A stretch of DNA of 63,099 nt, counting the filler. It is 8 parts of 8 records of this genome, joined end to end, with 100 filler letters (N's around TTAATTAATTAA, not from the genome) between each part and the next. Parts side by side here need not be neighbours in the genome. Positions count along the whole stretch, not along the records: positions 8,033 to 20,434 come from SRR31156797_19909; positions 20,535 to 28,421 come from SRR31156797_19910; 6 more parts are not named here. One strand, given 5' to 3'. Within the stretch, counting starts at the first letter, position 1, and the number at the start of each line of letters is the position of its first letter. Made by a program: the position numbers and the translations under genes. The notes beneath the pieces are model-generated. The model made no database searches, was not told the origin of the DNA, and worked only from the letters and a program-made list of their open reading frames with translations. Of the stretch, positions 19,487 to 28,254 are shown piece after piece.

Positions 19487-20380
19487 ATGAATCAAAAAAG
19501 AATAAATAAACGCCGGAGCATGCTGTATATTCCCGGGAATAATCCGGCTATGCTTCAGCAAGCTGGCGTATATGGCGCCGATAGTGTTTTACTAGATTTA
19601 GAAGATGCTGTGGCACTCAATCAGAAAGATGCAGCAAGAATATTGGTTAGAAATATGCTCGAAACCAATGATTTTTATAATTGTGAAATAACAATAAGAC
19701 TAAATCATATAGAAACACCATTTGGGTTAAGTGATTTAGAAGAAACAATACCACTTCAGCCTGATGCAGTTCGATTGCCGAAGACAGAAACTGTTGAAGA
19801 ACTCAAGAAAGTCCTTGAAATCATTGAAAAAATTGAAAATAAACATGGTCTTCCCCACACCAAGACAAAAGTTCATGTAATGATTGAATCTGCACTAGGT
19901 GTCCAAAACGTGTATGAATTGGCTTCCTTCTCTCCTAGAATCGATGCTATTACTATTGGTGGGCAAGATCTTACGGCTGATATGCAAATTGAAAAATCGA
20001 AAGATAATTACGGTATTGACTATGCCCGTAAACGAATTGTAATGGCCGCAAAAGCAACCAAAATTGATGCGATGGATACTGTTTTTGTCGATGTGGAAGA
20101 TGAAGAAGGATTACGTGAGGAAACAATTTACATCAAGAAACTTGGTTTTACTGGAAAAGCTGTTATCAATCCACGTCAGATAGGTGTTGTAAATGAGGTA
20201 TTTACCCCAACAGAAACTGAAATCAGAAAAGCATATCGAATAGTAAAAGCTTATTATGAAAATAAAGCTAAAGATATAGGTGTTTTTGCAGTAGATGGAA
20301 AAATGGTCGATGCTCCTGTAGTAACGCGGGCTATGCATACCCTTACTTTAGCTGATATTGACCCTGAAGGTATTAAGTAG
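19487..20380 (+). CDS. citE: Citrate lyase beta subunit (citryl-ACP lyase)
   Basis: RRSMLYIPGNNP, LDLEDAV..QKDAAR, IESALG, GFTGK.VINPRQI and DGKMVDAPV. Lies directly after citD. Confidence 0.92.
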   Translation: MNQKRINKRRSMLYIPGNNPAMLQQAGVYGADSVLLDLEDAVALNQKDAARILVRNMLETNDFYNCEITIRLNHIETPFGLSDLEETIPLQPDAVRLPKTETVEELKKVLEIIEKIENKHGLPHTKTKVHVMIESALGVQNVYELASFSPRIDAITIGGQDLTADMQIEKSKDNYGIDYARKRIVMAAKATKIDAMDTVFVDVEDEEGLREETIYIKKLGFTGKAVINPRQIGVVNEVFTPTETEIRKAYRIVKAYYENKAKDIGVFAVDGKMVDAPVVTRAMHTLTLADIDPEGIK

Positions 20381-20434
20381 AGGACAGAATATAGAAGACA
20401 GAAGATAGAAGACAGAATACAGAATACAGAATAC
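20381..20434 (+). repeat. Heptamer tandem repeat AGAAKAY
   Basis: AGAATAT AGAAGAC AGAAGAT AGAAGAC AGAATAC AGAATAC AGAATAC, from just after the citE stop to the contig end. Confidence 0.88.
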
Positions 20435-20534
20435 NNNNNNNNNNNNNNNNNNNNNNNNNNNNNNNNNNNNNNNNNNNNTTAATTAATTAANNNNNNNNNN
20501 NNNNNNNNNNNNNNNNNNNNNNNNNNNNNNNNNN
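20435..20534. other. Artificial contig linker
   Basis: N44-TTAATTAATTAA-N44. Confidence 0.99.
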
Positions 20535-20539
20535 TTTCT

Positions 20540-20588
20540 TTTGACGCAAATATACGTCAAATATTTAAATGACGTATATATACGTTTG
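20540..20588 (-). promoter_or_regulatory. ArsR-like inverted repeat over a Bacteroidota promoter for an off-contig gene
   Basis: TTTGACG-CAAATATA-CGTCAAA (20540-20561) contains the minus-strand -7 element TATATTTG. A second degenerate copy TGACGTATATATACGTT lies near 20570. Confidence 0.6.
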
Positions 20589-20612
20589 ATTTTCTTTACA
20601 AATAAATAATAA

Positions 20613-21074
20613 TTAAATTTTTGTAGTTTCAGCGAAAAGATCCTGTGCAGAAATAAAACCATAATGACGATAAAATTCTTTCCCCTGTTTATCGAGAAGA
20701 ATTTGCATCGGTACCGCAGAAATACCGTAGAATTTCATTAGATCCTGATTTTCAGGTTTCATAATATGTAAAAATACAACCTTCATTTTTACCTGTTCTG
20801 AGATTCTTATTTCATCTAAAACCGGTTCCATTTGTTTACATATTGCACACCCGGAAGAGCTGAATTCCAGAAGAGTATATTCAAAATCTTCCCCATTTTT
20901 AAGAAAATTATATTCTTTCTGAATTGTCTCTTCTACAGTAAGTAAAGTAATTTCAGAATTTTGTTCCTGCATTTTTGTGGAAATAAATTCGTTCAGCTTA
21001 TTTTTAAAGGCAAATCCCAACACAAGAATCAACACCAATAATCCTGATAAAAAAAGATACAAATACTTTTTCAT
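20613..21074 (-). CDS. Membrane-anchored thioredoxin-like protein
   Basis: N-terminal TM, LEFSSSGCAICKQM (CxxC), ISAVP cis-Pro and RHYGF. Confidence 0.85.
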   Translation of the reverse strand: MKKYLYLFLSGLLVLILVLGFAFKNKLNEFISTKMQEQNSEITLLTVEETIQKEYNFLKNGEDFEYTLLEFSSSGCAICKQMEPVLDEIRISEQVKMKVVFLHIMKPENQDLMKFYGISAVPMQILLDKQGKEFYRHYGFISAQDLFAETTKI

Positions 21075-21242
21075 TCTGTAAATTTTATGCTAAGATAGAA
21101 AATTGAAAAATAAAAAAACAAGTTTCAAAATTCAGTTCATCTTACTTAAAGTACTATTTGTCTTATATAAACCGCGATAAGCAATAATTCGCTTTTTCGA
21201 AGAAATTATATTAGTAAATTGCCTTTCCACAACAGAAAATTA

Positions 21243-22061
21243 ATGAGATTTAAAAGGGAATTTATTGGTGAAATACTGGGTACTTTTATTTTAGTTTTAT
21301 TCGGATGCGGTTCGGTTGCTGTTTCCATTCTTTTTAATGCACACCAGGGATTAATGCAAATTGCGTTAGCTTGGGGAATTGGAGTTTCGCTTGCAATTTA
21401 TTTAACAAGGCACTTATCTTGTGCACACCTGAATCCGGCTGTAAGTATTGCCATGGTTATCAGTCGAAGAATGAATATAAAAAAACTGCCCGTTTATTTG
21501 GTTGCTCAATTTTCAGGAGCATTTTTAGCCGGGCTGACTTTGTACATCCTCTTTTCTGCCTCTATTTACGAATTTGAGCAAGCCAATAAAATTATTCGCG
21601 GAACACCCGAATCTGTTAAAACTGCCATGATGTTTGGTGAATTTTATCCAAATCCGGGAAATACAGCTATCGTAAGTTTTCCGTTGGCAATGGCAGCCGA
21701 AGCTTTTGGAACATTTATTTTGGTATTAATGATATTTGCTTTAACAGAGGGATGTAACGTTGGACGCCCGGAAGATGCAATTGCACCCGTTTTTATCGGA
21801 TTAACAGTTTCGTCGGTAATCGGATTAATTGCGCCATTAACACAAGCCGGATTAAATCCTGCCCGCGATTTCGGACCGCGCCTGATATCGTGGATGATGG
21901 GTTGGAAAAATGCCGCTTTTCCCGACACTTCCGGAGGATTTTTCTTTATTTATATTTTAAGCCCTGTAATTGGTGCTGCAATTGCTGCCTTATTTTTTGT
22001 AAAAGTTCTGGAACCCGCAATGAAAAAGAGCAGTATAAAATGTGATTGTGAATCAAATTAA
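21243..22061 (+). CDS. MIP family aquaglyceroporin (GlpF-like)
   Basis: GEILGTFILVLFGCG, SCAHLNPAVS and GLNPARDFGPR. Asp after NPAR marks the aquaglyceroporin type. Confidence 0.92.
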   Translation: MRFKREFIGEILGTFILVLFGCGSVAVSILFNAHQGLMQIALAWGIGVSLAIYLTRHLSCAHLNPAVSIAMVISRRMNIKKLPVYLVAQFSGAFLAGLTLYILFSASIYEFEQANKIIRGTPESVKTAMMFGEFYPNPGNTAIVSFPLAMAAEAFGTFILVLMIFALTEGCNVGRPEDAIAPVFIGLTVSSVIGLIAPLTQAGLNPARDFGPRLISWMMGWKNAAFPDTSGGFFFIYILSPVIGAAIAALFFVKVLEPAMKKSSIKCDCESN

Positions 22062-22081
22062 ACAATAATATTTTTTCGACA

Positions 22082-23200
22082 ATGAAAACAACAAGACTAA
22101 TTTTAGTAGGAGGATTTTTAGGTGCAGGAAAAACAACTTTACTTTGGGAAACAGCAGCAAGATTAATAAAACGAGGTAAAAAAACCGGACTCGTCACCAA
22201 CGATCAGGCACCTGAGCTGGTAGATACAGCCCTTCTCACAAAAAAGGAAATGAAAGTTGCAGAAGTTAGTGGTAGTTGTTTCTGTTGTAATTTTAACGGT
22301 TTGTTGAATGCCTTAAACGAAGTAAGAACAGAAGCTGACGCCGACATTATTATAGCTGAACCCGTTGGCAGTTGTACCGATTTGTCGGCAACAATTATTC
22401 AGCCACTAAAGAAAAATATGAACCGCGAATTAATTATTAGTCCGCTTTCTGTTTTAGCAGATCCTGTAAAACTTTCCAATATTCTAAAAAACGAAACTGC
22501 AGGAATGCATTCAAGCGCGGCTTATATTTTAGAAAAACAACTTGAAGAAAGTGATATAATTGTAATTACTAAAACCGATTTAACAGATTCTGTAGAATTG
22601 GAAAATCTAATCACTAAAACCAAAGAGAGATTTCCGAACTCGGACGTAATGAGTATAAGTACACAATCCGGTAAAGGATTGGAAGAATGGCTGAATGAAG
22701 TACTTACACGAACCGATGCCGGCAAACAAATTGCGGAAGTTGATTATGAAATTTATGCGGAAGGTGAAGCAGTTATGGGCTGGTTAAATACAACACTCAT
22801 ATTAAAAGGGGAAAACATAGACTGGGATAATTTTAGCCGGCAATTTATACAGGGACTAAGCAAAAAATTCGATGATTTGAAAGCCGCTGTTGGACATGTA
22901 AAATTAATATTGGAAAATAACACCAATTACCTGACAGCCAATTTAACAGGAACCGGTGAAACATTAAATATTACAGGCTCTGCAGGCATTTCAAACAATG
23001 CAAGTTTAACCTTGAATGTTCGTGTTGAAATGCCCCCGGAAAAATTGGAAACTATAACACGTAAAATAATTGCCAAAAAAATTGCCAAAAAAATTTCGAT
23101 AAAAGAAAAAGCCTGGCAATGTTTAAGTCCGGGAAAACCGGAACCTACTTTCCGTTATAATTATATAGTTCCGGATAAATTCCTTCCAAACAATAATTAA
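22082..23200 (+). CDS. CobW/COG0523-like G3E P-loop GTPase (putative metallochaperone)
   Basis: GGFLGAGKTT, VTNDQ, GSCFCC (CxCC), AEPVGSC and ITKTD. Confidence 0.88.
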   Translation: MKTTRLILVGGFLGAGKTTLLWETAARLIKRGKKTGLVTNDQAPELVDTALLTKKEMKVAEVSGSCFCCNFNGLLNALNEVRTEADADIIIAEPVGSCTDLSATIIQPLKKNMNRELIISPLSVLADPVKLSNILKNETAGMHSSAAYILEKQLEESDIIVITKTDLTDSVELENLITKTKERFPNSDVMSISTQSGKGLEEWLNEVLTRTDAGKQIAEVDYEIYAEGEAVMGWLNTTLILKGENIDWDNFSRQFIQGLSKKFDDLKAAVGHVKLILENNTNYLTANLTGTGETLNITGSAGISNNASLTLNVRVEMPPEKLETITRKIIAKKIAKKISIKEKAWQCLSPGKPEPTFRYNYIVPDKFLPNNN

Positions 23201-23210
23201 AATATCAAAT

Positions 23211-23582
23211 TTAAACAAGGAAAATAGCTTCCTCATACATTTTGTCAACTACTTCTTCGGTTGGCGGAGTTTTTCCTTTTTCGTATCCCAAATCCGTTAA
23301 CCGAAGATGAATAAAATTATCTAATCCGTTTTTTTCAAAGGTTTTTTTTCCACAATCAAGGCTGCAACCATCAATTACCAACATGTTTGTGTCCTTTACC
23401 GAATCAATCATTTCAGTAATTCCTGCACTAACAAATGCCAGGCATTTCATTTGCCTTGCATTATTTTTATGCAATTTTCTTGCTAATAAATCACTGGCCT
23501 GTCCTAAGTCGGCTGCTCCCGAACAGGCAAAAACAGTGCAATTTTCAAACGAACCACAACTACAACTTAAATTTTTTTCCAT
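23211..23582 (-). CDS. DGC-domain putative zinc-binding protein
   Basis: FACSGAADLGQ, KCLA, VIDGCSLDCG and N-terminal SCSCG. Confidence 0.88.
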   Translation of the reverse strand: MEKNLSCSCGSFENCTVFACSGAADLGQASDLLARKLHKNNARQMKCLAFVSAGITEMIDSVKDTNMLVIDGCSLDCGKKTFEKNGLDNFIHLRLTDLGYEKGKTPPTEEVVDKMYEEAIFLV

Positions 23583-23697
23583 GACTATTGTTTTAAGGTT
23601 AGATATTGATAAAGTTAAAAAATATGCAACAGGTATAATCTATATAAAACCCACTCCTCCAATAAAAATTACTTTCTCATTAATTTACTTCTAATCC

Positions 23698-24471
23698 TTA
23701 GGGTTTTATTTTCTCAAAAAGTCCCAACAACTTAGTATGATAAATTTCAGTAATCTGTTCTTCTGCTTCGCCAATTGGTTTTACAGGAATTAAATCTTTT
23801 ACTTCATCAACTGTTAATCCTGAATTATAAAAAATCGAAATTGACTTTTTTAATGTTGCTTTAATCGTTTTTTGAGCTTCATCTTCATTCAGCCCCATTT
23901 TCAAAGCTAACTTCTGCATCTCTTCCCACTGAAACCAGAAATACGTAGGTAACATGGCTGAAACAAGGGCATAACCTTCCAGTTTATTCTCGTCAACTTC
24001 AAAATTATTGCCCAAAACTTTCATCATTTTCATAAACTGTTTTTTCTCTTTTTCATCAGTTTCAGGATGAAAAGAAACCGGATTATAACCTTTATTTATG
24101 AATGAAGTTGCATTTGGGATCATTCGAATAATCTTGTTTGTTCCCAATACATTTGCTATTTTTTCAATATTAATTTTTGGAGCCACCGAAAGCACTTGTG
24201 TTTCATTGGAAATGAAATCCTTAATTTTGCTTAGTGTCTCTCCCATCACAGGAGGATGAACAGCAAGAATTACAATTTCCTGACCGGCCGGTTCTTCAGC
24301 CGATTGTACCATTTCAATTTCGGGAAATGAAGTTTTCAGAACACTCAGCGTATCGCTGTTTGGATCGAATACTTTAACGTTTTTAAAAACTACTGATTTG
24401 TTTTGAAACGCCTGCAAAAAGATTTTTGTAATCCTTCCGCCTCCTATAAAGCCTAATGTTTTTGATTTCAT
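23698..24471 (-). CDS. Pyrroline-5-carboxylate reductase-like NAD(P)-binding oxidoreductase
   Basis: GFIGGGRI Rossmann motif, LAVHPP, RMIPNA and AMLPTYFWFQ. The C-terminus is unlike canonical ProC. Confidence 0.75.
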   Translation of the reverse strand: MKSKTLGFIGGGRITKIFLQAFQNKSVVFKNVKVFDPNSDTLSVLKTSFPEIEMVQSAEEPAGQEIVILAVHPPVMGETLSKIKDFISNETQVLSVAPKINIEKIANVLGTNKIIRMIPNATSFINKGYNPVSFHPETDEKEKKQFMKMMKVLGNNFEVDENKLEGYALVSAMLPTYFWFQWEEMQKLALKMGLNEDEAQKTIKATLKKSISIFYNSGLTVDEVKDLIPVKPIGEAEEQITEIYHTKLLGLFEKIKP

Positions 24472-24500
24472 TTTGATAAAATTAGTTGTTCTTGATTTTT

Positions 24501-24632
24501 TTAAAAAAATGCATTAATTACTATTAAAACAGCTGCAACTATAGATGTAAGAGCAAAAATATATTTCAGGCTCTTTGGTTAAAACTTCAAGGTTAATTTT
24601 TTGAACCAATTATTCCGCCAACTAAACCAACT
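24501..24632 (-). pseudogene. Remnant of the 3' end of a TauE/SafE (TSUP) family exporter
   Basis: Joining frames gives VGLVGGIIGSK/INLEVLT/KSLKYIFALTSIVAAVLIVINAFF-stop, with two frameshifts and no start. Confidence 0.5.
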
Positions 24633-24700
24633 TCTGTTTTTCAATTAACCCAACAAAAAATTCTGTTCATTTATCGCATAAAAATTTAAAATATTTTAGT

Positions 24701-25537
24701 CTATCTATTATCCATAAATTTGTGATGAGAATCGGCAAATACTTTGTGTGCCAGCGACTCATCGTGACAAGATGTACAGCTCATCTTACCTGAGGTATTA
24801 TCCAGTTTACCATCGCTGCCATGGCATGTCATGCAGGTTCTAACCGTTTCATTGTCATGTGTGTTTGCAATAAAAATATTATTATGATAATTATTTAGGA
24901 TAGTTACGGTTTGAGCGGCTATATCACCGGTCAGGCGACGGCATCTTTCTTTGCGCTCTTTGCTGCTTAAAGTATAACCGGCTTCTTTAGCCCATCTTGT
25001 AGTTGAAACATGACAAAGCACTGATTTGGCCACTGTTTTAGGAGGATCGAATTCCATTCCGGGATTTTCTGGTTTGAAAGAAGGAAGCGGAGACTCCTCA
25101 TACAAACGAAACAATTTTTCCACCAGGGCATCTTGTATTTCCCTTTCTTCAACTAATAATCCGATAACGGCTGCAGCCCCGTTTAACGCCCCGCAAATAG
25201 TTCCTGAGCCATTTACTCCGCCGTGCCCGTATTTCATCATTTGAGTAGGAAAAGAGACAAATGGCTCACCTAATTTTTCAGCTAATTGAGAAATGACACT
25301 GTTAAATACTCCGTACATACAACTGCCATTGGGGTAATCGTTATAGGCCCTTTCTGCTGTAACTACGTGATCTAACGAGATATACTTCCAGATAGAATTG
25401 CCGGCTTTGAAATCCAGATTTTTTGGTTCAGCCGCTGGTTTCACATCAGGTTTGAAAGCTGTTGTAAGAGTTAGCATACCAATACTACCGACTGCCATTG
25501 CACCAGCTGCCAATTTAATAGCTTTTCGTCTTTCCAT
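24701..25537 (-). CDS. Split-Soret cytochrome c-like protein (Tat signal, C-GCAxxG-C-C domain, two CxxCH)
   Basis: MERRKAIK twin-Arg signal, GSCMYGVF, GTICGALNGA, SVLCHVS and ERCRRL. Heme motifs CMTCH and CTSCH. Confidence 0.82.
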   Translation of the reverse strand: MERRKAIKLAAGAMAVGSIGMLTLTTAFKPDVKPAAEPKNLDFKAGNSIWKYISLDHVVTAERAYNDYPNGSCMYGVFNSVISQLAEKLGEPFVSFPTQMMKYGHGGVNGSGTICGALNGAAAVIGLLVEEREIQDALVEKLFRLYEESPLPSFKPENPGMEFDPPKTVAKSVLCHVSTTRWAKEAGYTLSSKERKERCRRLTGDIAAQTVTILNNYHNNIFIANTHDNETVRTCMTCHGSDGKLDNTSGKMSCTSCHDESLAHKVFADSHHKFMDNR

Positions 25538-25586
25538 TTTTTGATTTTTCGGTAATGTTTTTTATTCAAGTTGATTAATTTTCAAA

Positions 25587-26717
25587 CTATAATATTATAT
25601 TGAATAGGTAGCCCAACAGAATAATAAATAACGTAATTGTTCCAAAGAAAATCCCAATGAGTTTCCATTTCATTACTTTTTTTAATAAAGTAGCTTCAGG
25701 TAGCGACAGCCCCACAACGGCCATCATAAAAGCAATGGCAGTACCGAGCGGTACACCTTTGGCCACAAAAACCTGGATTACCGGCACAATTCCGGCAGCG
25801 TTAGCATACATTGGCACGGCCAAAATTACAGCCAGTGGCACTGCATACCATTTGTCAGCCGACAGGAATTCAGTAAAGAAATCTTCAGGAACAAAACCAT
25901 GCATAGCAGCACCAATAGCAATTCCGATGATTACGTAAAGCAGAACTTTACGTACAATTCCCCAGCCATCATTAATAATCGAAGGCAGGCGGTCGATGAA
26001 CGGAGTTTTTTCACCTTCCCATCTTTGATTCTCACGTGCTGCATTTGCCTGAACTTCCCGTACCCAATCGCTGAGATATTTATCTAATTTCAATTTTCCG
26101 AGAATGTAACCGCCAACCATTCCTAACAAAATTCCGCTTCCGGCGTAAATCAAGGTAGATTTTATTCCAAATAATCCCAGGAACATGGCCACAGCCACCT
26201 CGTTTACCAATGGCGAAGTAATCAGGTACGAAAAAGTTACTCCCAATGGTATTCCACCTTGAACAAACCCAATAAAAAGCGGGATTGATGAGCAAGAACA
26301 AAAAGGAGTTACCCCCCCAAAAAATGAGGCGAAGAAATATTCCAGCCCATACATTTTTTTAGTAGTCAGATAAATACGTAAACGTTCCACCGGAAAATAG
26401 GCATTCACCACTCCCATTAATGTACTAATAAGAAAAAGAAGAATAAGAATCTTTACCGTATCGTAGAAAAAGAAGTTAATGGCTTCTCCAAAATGCGACT
26501 CAGCATTTAAACCAAATAAATCAAAAGTAAGGTAATCAACTAAATCTGGAAGAAAATGGTATAATAAAAGTAAAGCTGGTAATACTATTACAACTGAGGC
26601 CAATAAACCTGCTCTCTTCTTTCTTTCCTGTTTTAATTTCGTTTCTGAATTTTCGACAGGGTATACAGCACATTCACCTCCTCCTTGTTTTTCTGTCGAT
26701 ATTTTGTATGTTTTCAT
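25587..26717 (-). CDS. arsP: ArsP-like permease (DUF318)
   Basis: FFFYDTVKI, TPFCSCSSIPLF, SPLVNEV, PMYANAAG and GTAIAFMMAVVGLSLPE. Confidence 0.85.
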   Translation of the reverse strand: MKTYKISTEKQGGGECAVYPVENSETKLKQERKKRAGLLASVVIVLPALLLLYHFLPDLVDYLTFDLFGLNAESHFGEAINFFFYDTVKILILLFLISTLMGVVNAYFPVERLRIYLTTKKMYGLEYFFASFFGGVTPFCSCSSIPLFIGFVQGGIPLGVTFSYLITSPLVNEVAVAMFLGLFGIKSTLIYAGSGILLGMVGGYILGKLKLDKYLSDWVREVQANAARENQRWEGEKTPFIDRLPSIINDGWGIVRKVLLYVIIGIAIGAAMHGFVPEDFFTEFLSADKWYAVPLAVILAVPMYANAAGIVPVIQVFVAKGVPLGTAIAFMMAVVGLSLPEATLLKKVMKWKLIGIFFGTITLFIILLGYLFNIIL

Positions 26718-26800
26718 TTTATTCAGTTATTTAGGCTACAATCATTAGTCTGCAATAGAACTTTTTCGCCTAAAGTAATCTGTCTGCTTTCTTATTTCAA

Positions 26801-26830
26801 TTCGTTGTTCGTAAAATCACGAACATTATT
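26801..26830 (-). promoter_or_regulatory. ArsR-like box upstream of arsP
   Basis: TGTTCG-TAAAATCA-CGAACA inverted repeat. The 30-bp context is nearly identical to 28255-28284. Confidence 0.72.
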
Positions 26831-26878
26831 TTCAAAAAAAATTTAACTTCCCCTTTGACGTTCAGCCCATTTCAATTT

Positions 26879-27580
26879 TTAAAAGAACATTACTACACAA
26901 TAATAAACCCCAACGCCAATAAACAACACAGCTACAACACGACGAAACCAAATTTCGAAAGTTTTTATTTTGTTGTATAAGCTGCCGATTGAACCAACAC
27001 TAAATGCCAGCAACCAGGCAATTATTATGACTGGAATTCCGGTTGCAAAGGCAAAAACCAAAGGCAAAAACAATCCTTTTGCTGAAACGATTGACATGGG
27101 AATTAACATTCCGAAATATAAAACACCACTGTACGGACAAAAAGCCAGTGCAAAAATAATTCCCAGCAAAAGTACATTCCAGAAATTCCAACGGTTTTTT
27201 TGTTCCAGTTTTTGAGAAAACCTGTTAAGTCCGGGGAGATTTATCTGAATTACTCCCAACATAAAAATACCAATAACAACGAGCAATGGTCCAAGAATTT
27301 TTTCTCCGTTACTTTGAAAAAAAGTGGCAATTTTAAAATGGTCGGCACCAATATAAAGTATTACTGCCAATATAAAATATGAAAAAGCTCTGCCTAACGT
27401 ATAAATTAATCCATTATAAAAAACCCTGCTTCTGACATTTAAATCTTTTCCAATAAACCCAATAGCTGTAATGTTTGTAGCCATCGGACAAGGACTGATT
27501 GCAGTAAGGAGTCCTAATAAAAATGCCGATAGAACAGGAATACTTGATTTTTCGTACAGGCCGGTAATTATCTGTTCCAT
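26879..27580 (-). CDS. arsG: ArsG-like / CcdA-DsbD-type membrane protein (aromatic arsenical efflux family)
   Basis: AISPCPMATNITA, YTLGR and LAFCPYSGVLYFG. Lies next to arsF-like and arsE-like genes. Confidence 0.75.
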   Translation of the reverse strand: MEQIITGLYEKSSIPVLSAFLLGLLTAISPCPMATNITAIGFIGKDLNVRSRVFYNGLIYTLGRAFSYFILAVILYIGADHFKIATFFQSNGEKILGPLLVVIGIFMLGVIQINLPGLNRFSQKLEQKNRWNFWNVLLLGIIFALAFCPYSGVLYFGMLIPMSIVSAKGLFLPLVFAFATGIPVIIIAWLLAFSVGSIGSLYNKIKTFEIWFRRVVAVLFIGVGVYYCVVMFF

Positions 27581-27589
27581 TTTACAGAA

Positions 27590-27994
27590 TTAATCAACCA
27601 AAATCTCCCACAACGCTTCTCGTAATTTCTCGGGTTGTTTCAATGCATACATAAAACCCTTACTGGTAAGGTCAAACTTTTCGCCTTCTTTAACCACCAT
27701 TAAGGCAGAACCGGTAACATTCATCTTTTTCACCAGCTCTTTATTGGAATCTTCTTCGGCATTAAAAGCCTTGAATAATATATCTCCATTTTCAACTTCT
27801 TCGGCAAACGAATCTTCCAATACCTTTTTTGCTTCTTTCTCAATAGCTATACATGTTGCACATCGCCTTGTATTATGAAAATAATAGACCGTGGTTTTTT
27901 CGCCATCTTTATTGATGTCAAAAGATTTTGCATTTCCGGTAAAACTTAATGAAAAAACAAAAATGAGGAGTAATAATGATTTTAAAGTTTTCAT
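27590..27994 (-). CDS. arsF: ArsF-like secreted thioredoxin-fold protein
   Basis: Signal peptide and VYYFHNTRRCATCIAIE. Confidence 0.72.
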   Translation of the reverse strand: MKTLKSLLLLIFVFSLSFTGNAKSFDINKDGEKTTVYYFHNTRRCATCIAIEKEAKKVLEDSFAEEVENGDILFKAFNAEEDSNKELVKKMNVTGSALMVVKEGEKFDLTSKGFMYALKQPEKLREALWEILVD

Positions 27995-28004
27995 TGATTT
28001 TATT

Positions 28005-28238
28005 TTATGCGGTTAACAACGCTTTTAATTCATCTGATTTTGGCAATCTACCTGTTAATACTACTTTACCATCAACAACCAATCCCGGAGTTTGCATTAC
28101 TCCAAATTGCATAATTTTATATATATCCTCTACTTTTTCGATGGTCGCATCCAGGTTTAATTCTATTACTACTTTTTCGGTTAGTTGCTCTAATTTTTTG
28201 CATTTTGCACAACCTGTTCCTAATACTATAATTTCCAT
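28005..28238 (-). CDS. Small redox-active disulfide protein 2 (thioredoxin_3, ArsE-like)
   Basis: MEIIVLGTGCAKCKKL, KVED, GVMQTPGLVVDG. Start ATG 28238. Confidence 0.9.
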   Translation of the reverse strand: MEIIVLGTGCAKCKKLEQLTEKVVIELNLDATIEKVEDIYKIMQFGVMQTPGLVVDGKVVLTGRLPKSDELKALLTA

Positions 28239-28254
28239 TTTCGATAACTTATTG

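Noticed and set aside
20381-20434. CRISPR array (also considered at 8033-8125 and 46238-46471)
   Set aside because: Units are 7-10 bp and contiguous, with no unique spacers and no cas genes.
23069-23095. 12-bp tandem duplication ATTGCCAAAAAA in the CobW-like gene (IAKKIAKK)
   Set aside because: In-frame, in a variable C-terminal helix, with no evident consequence.
23585-23695. Possible membrane-protein remnant (KVIFIGGVGFI*IIPVAYFLTL) between the ProC-like and DGC genes
   Set aside because: Too short to assign, and hydrophobic translations arise easily from T-rich DNA.
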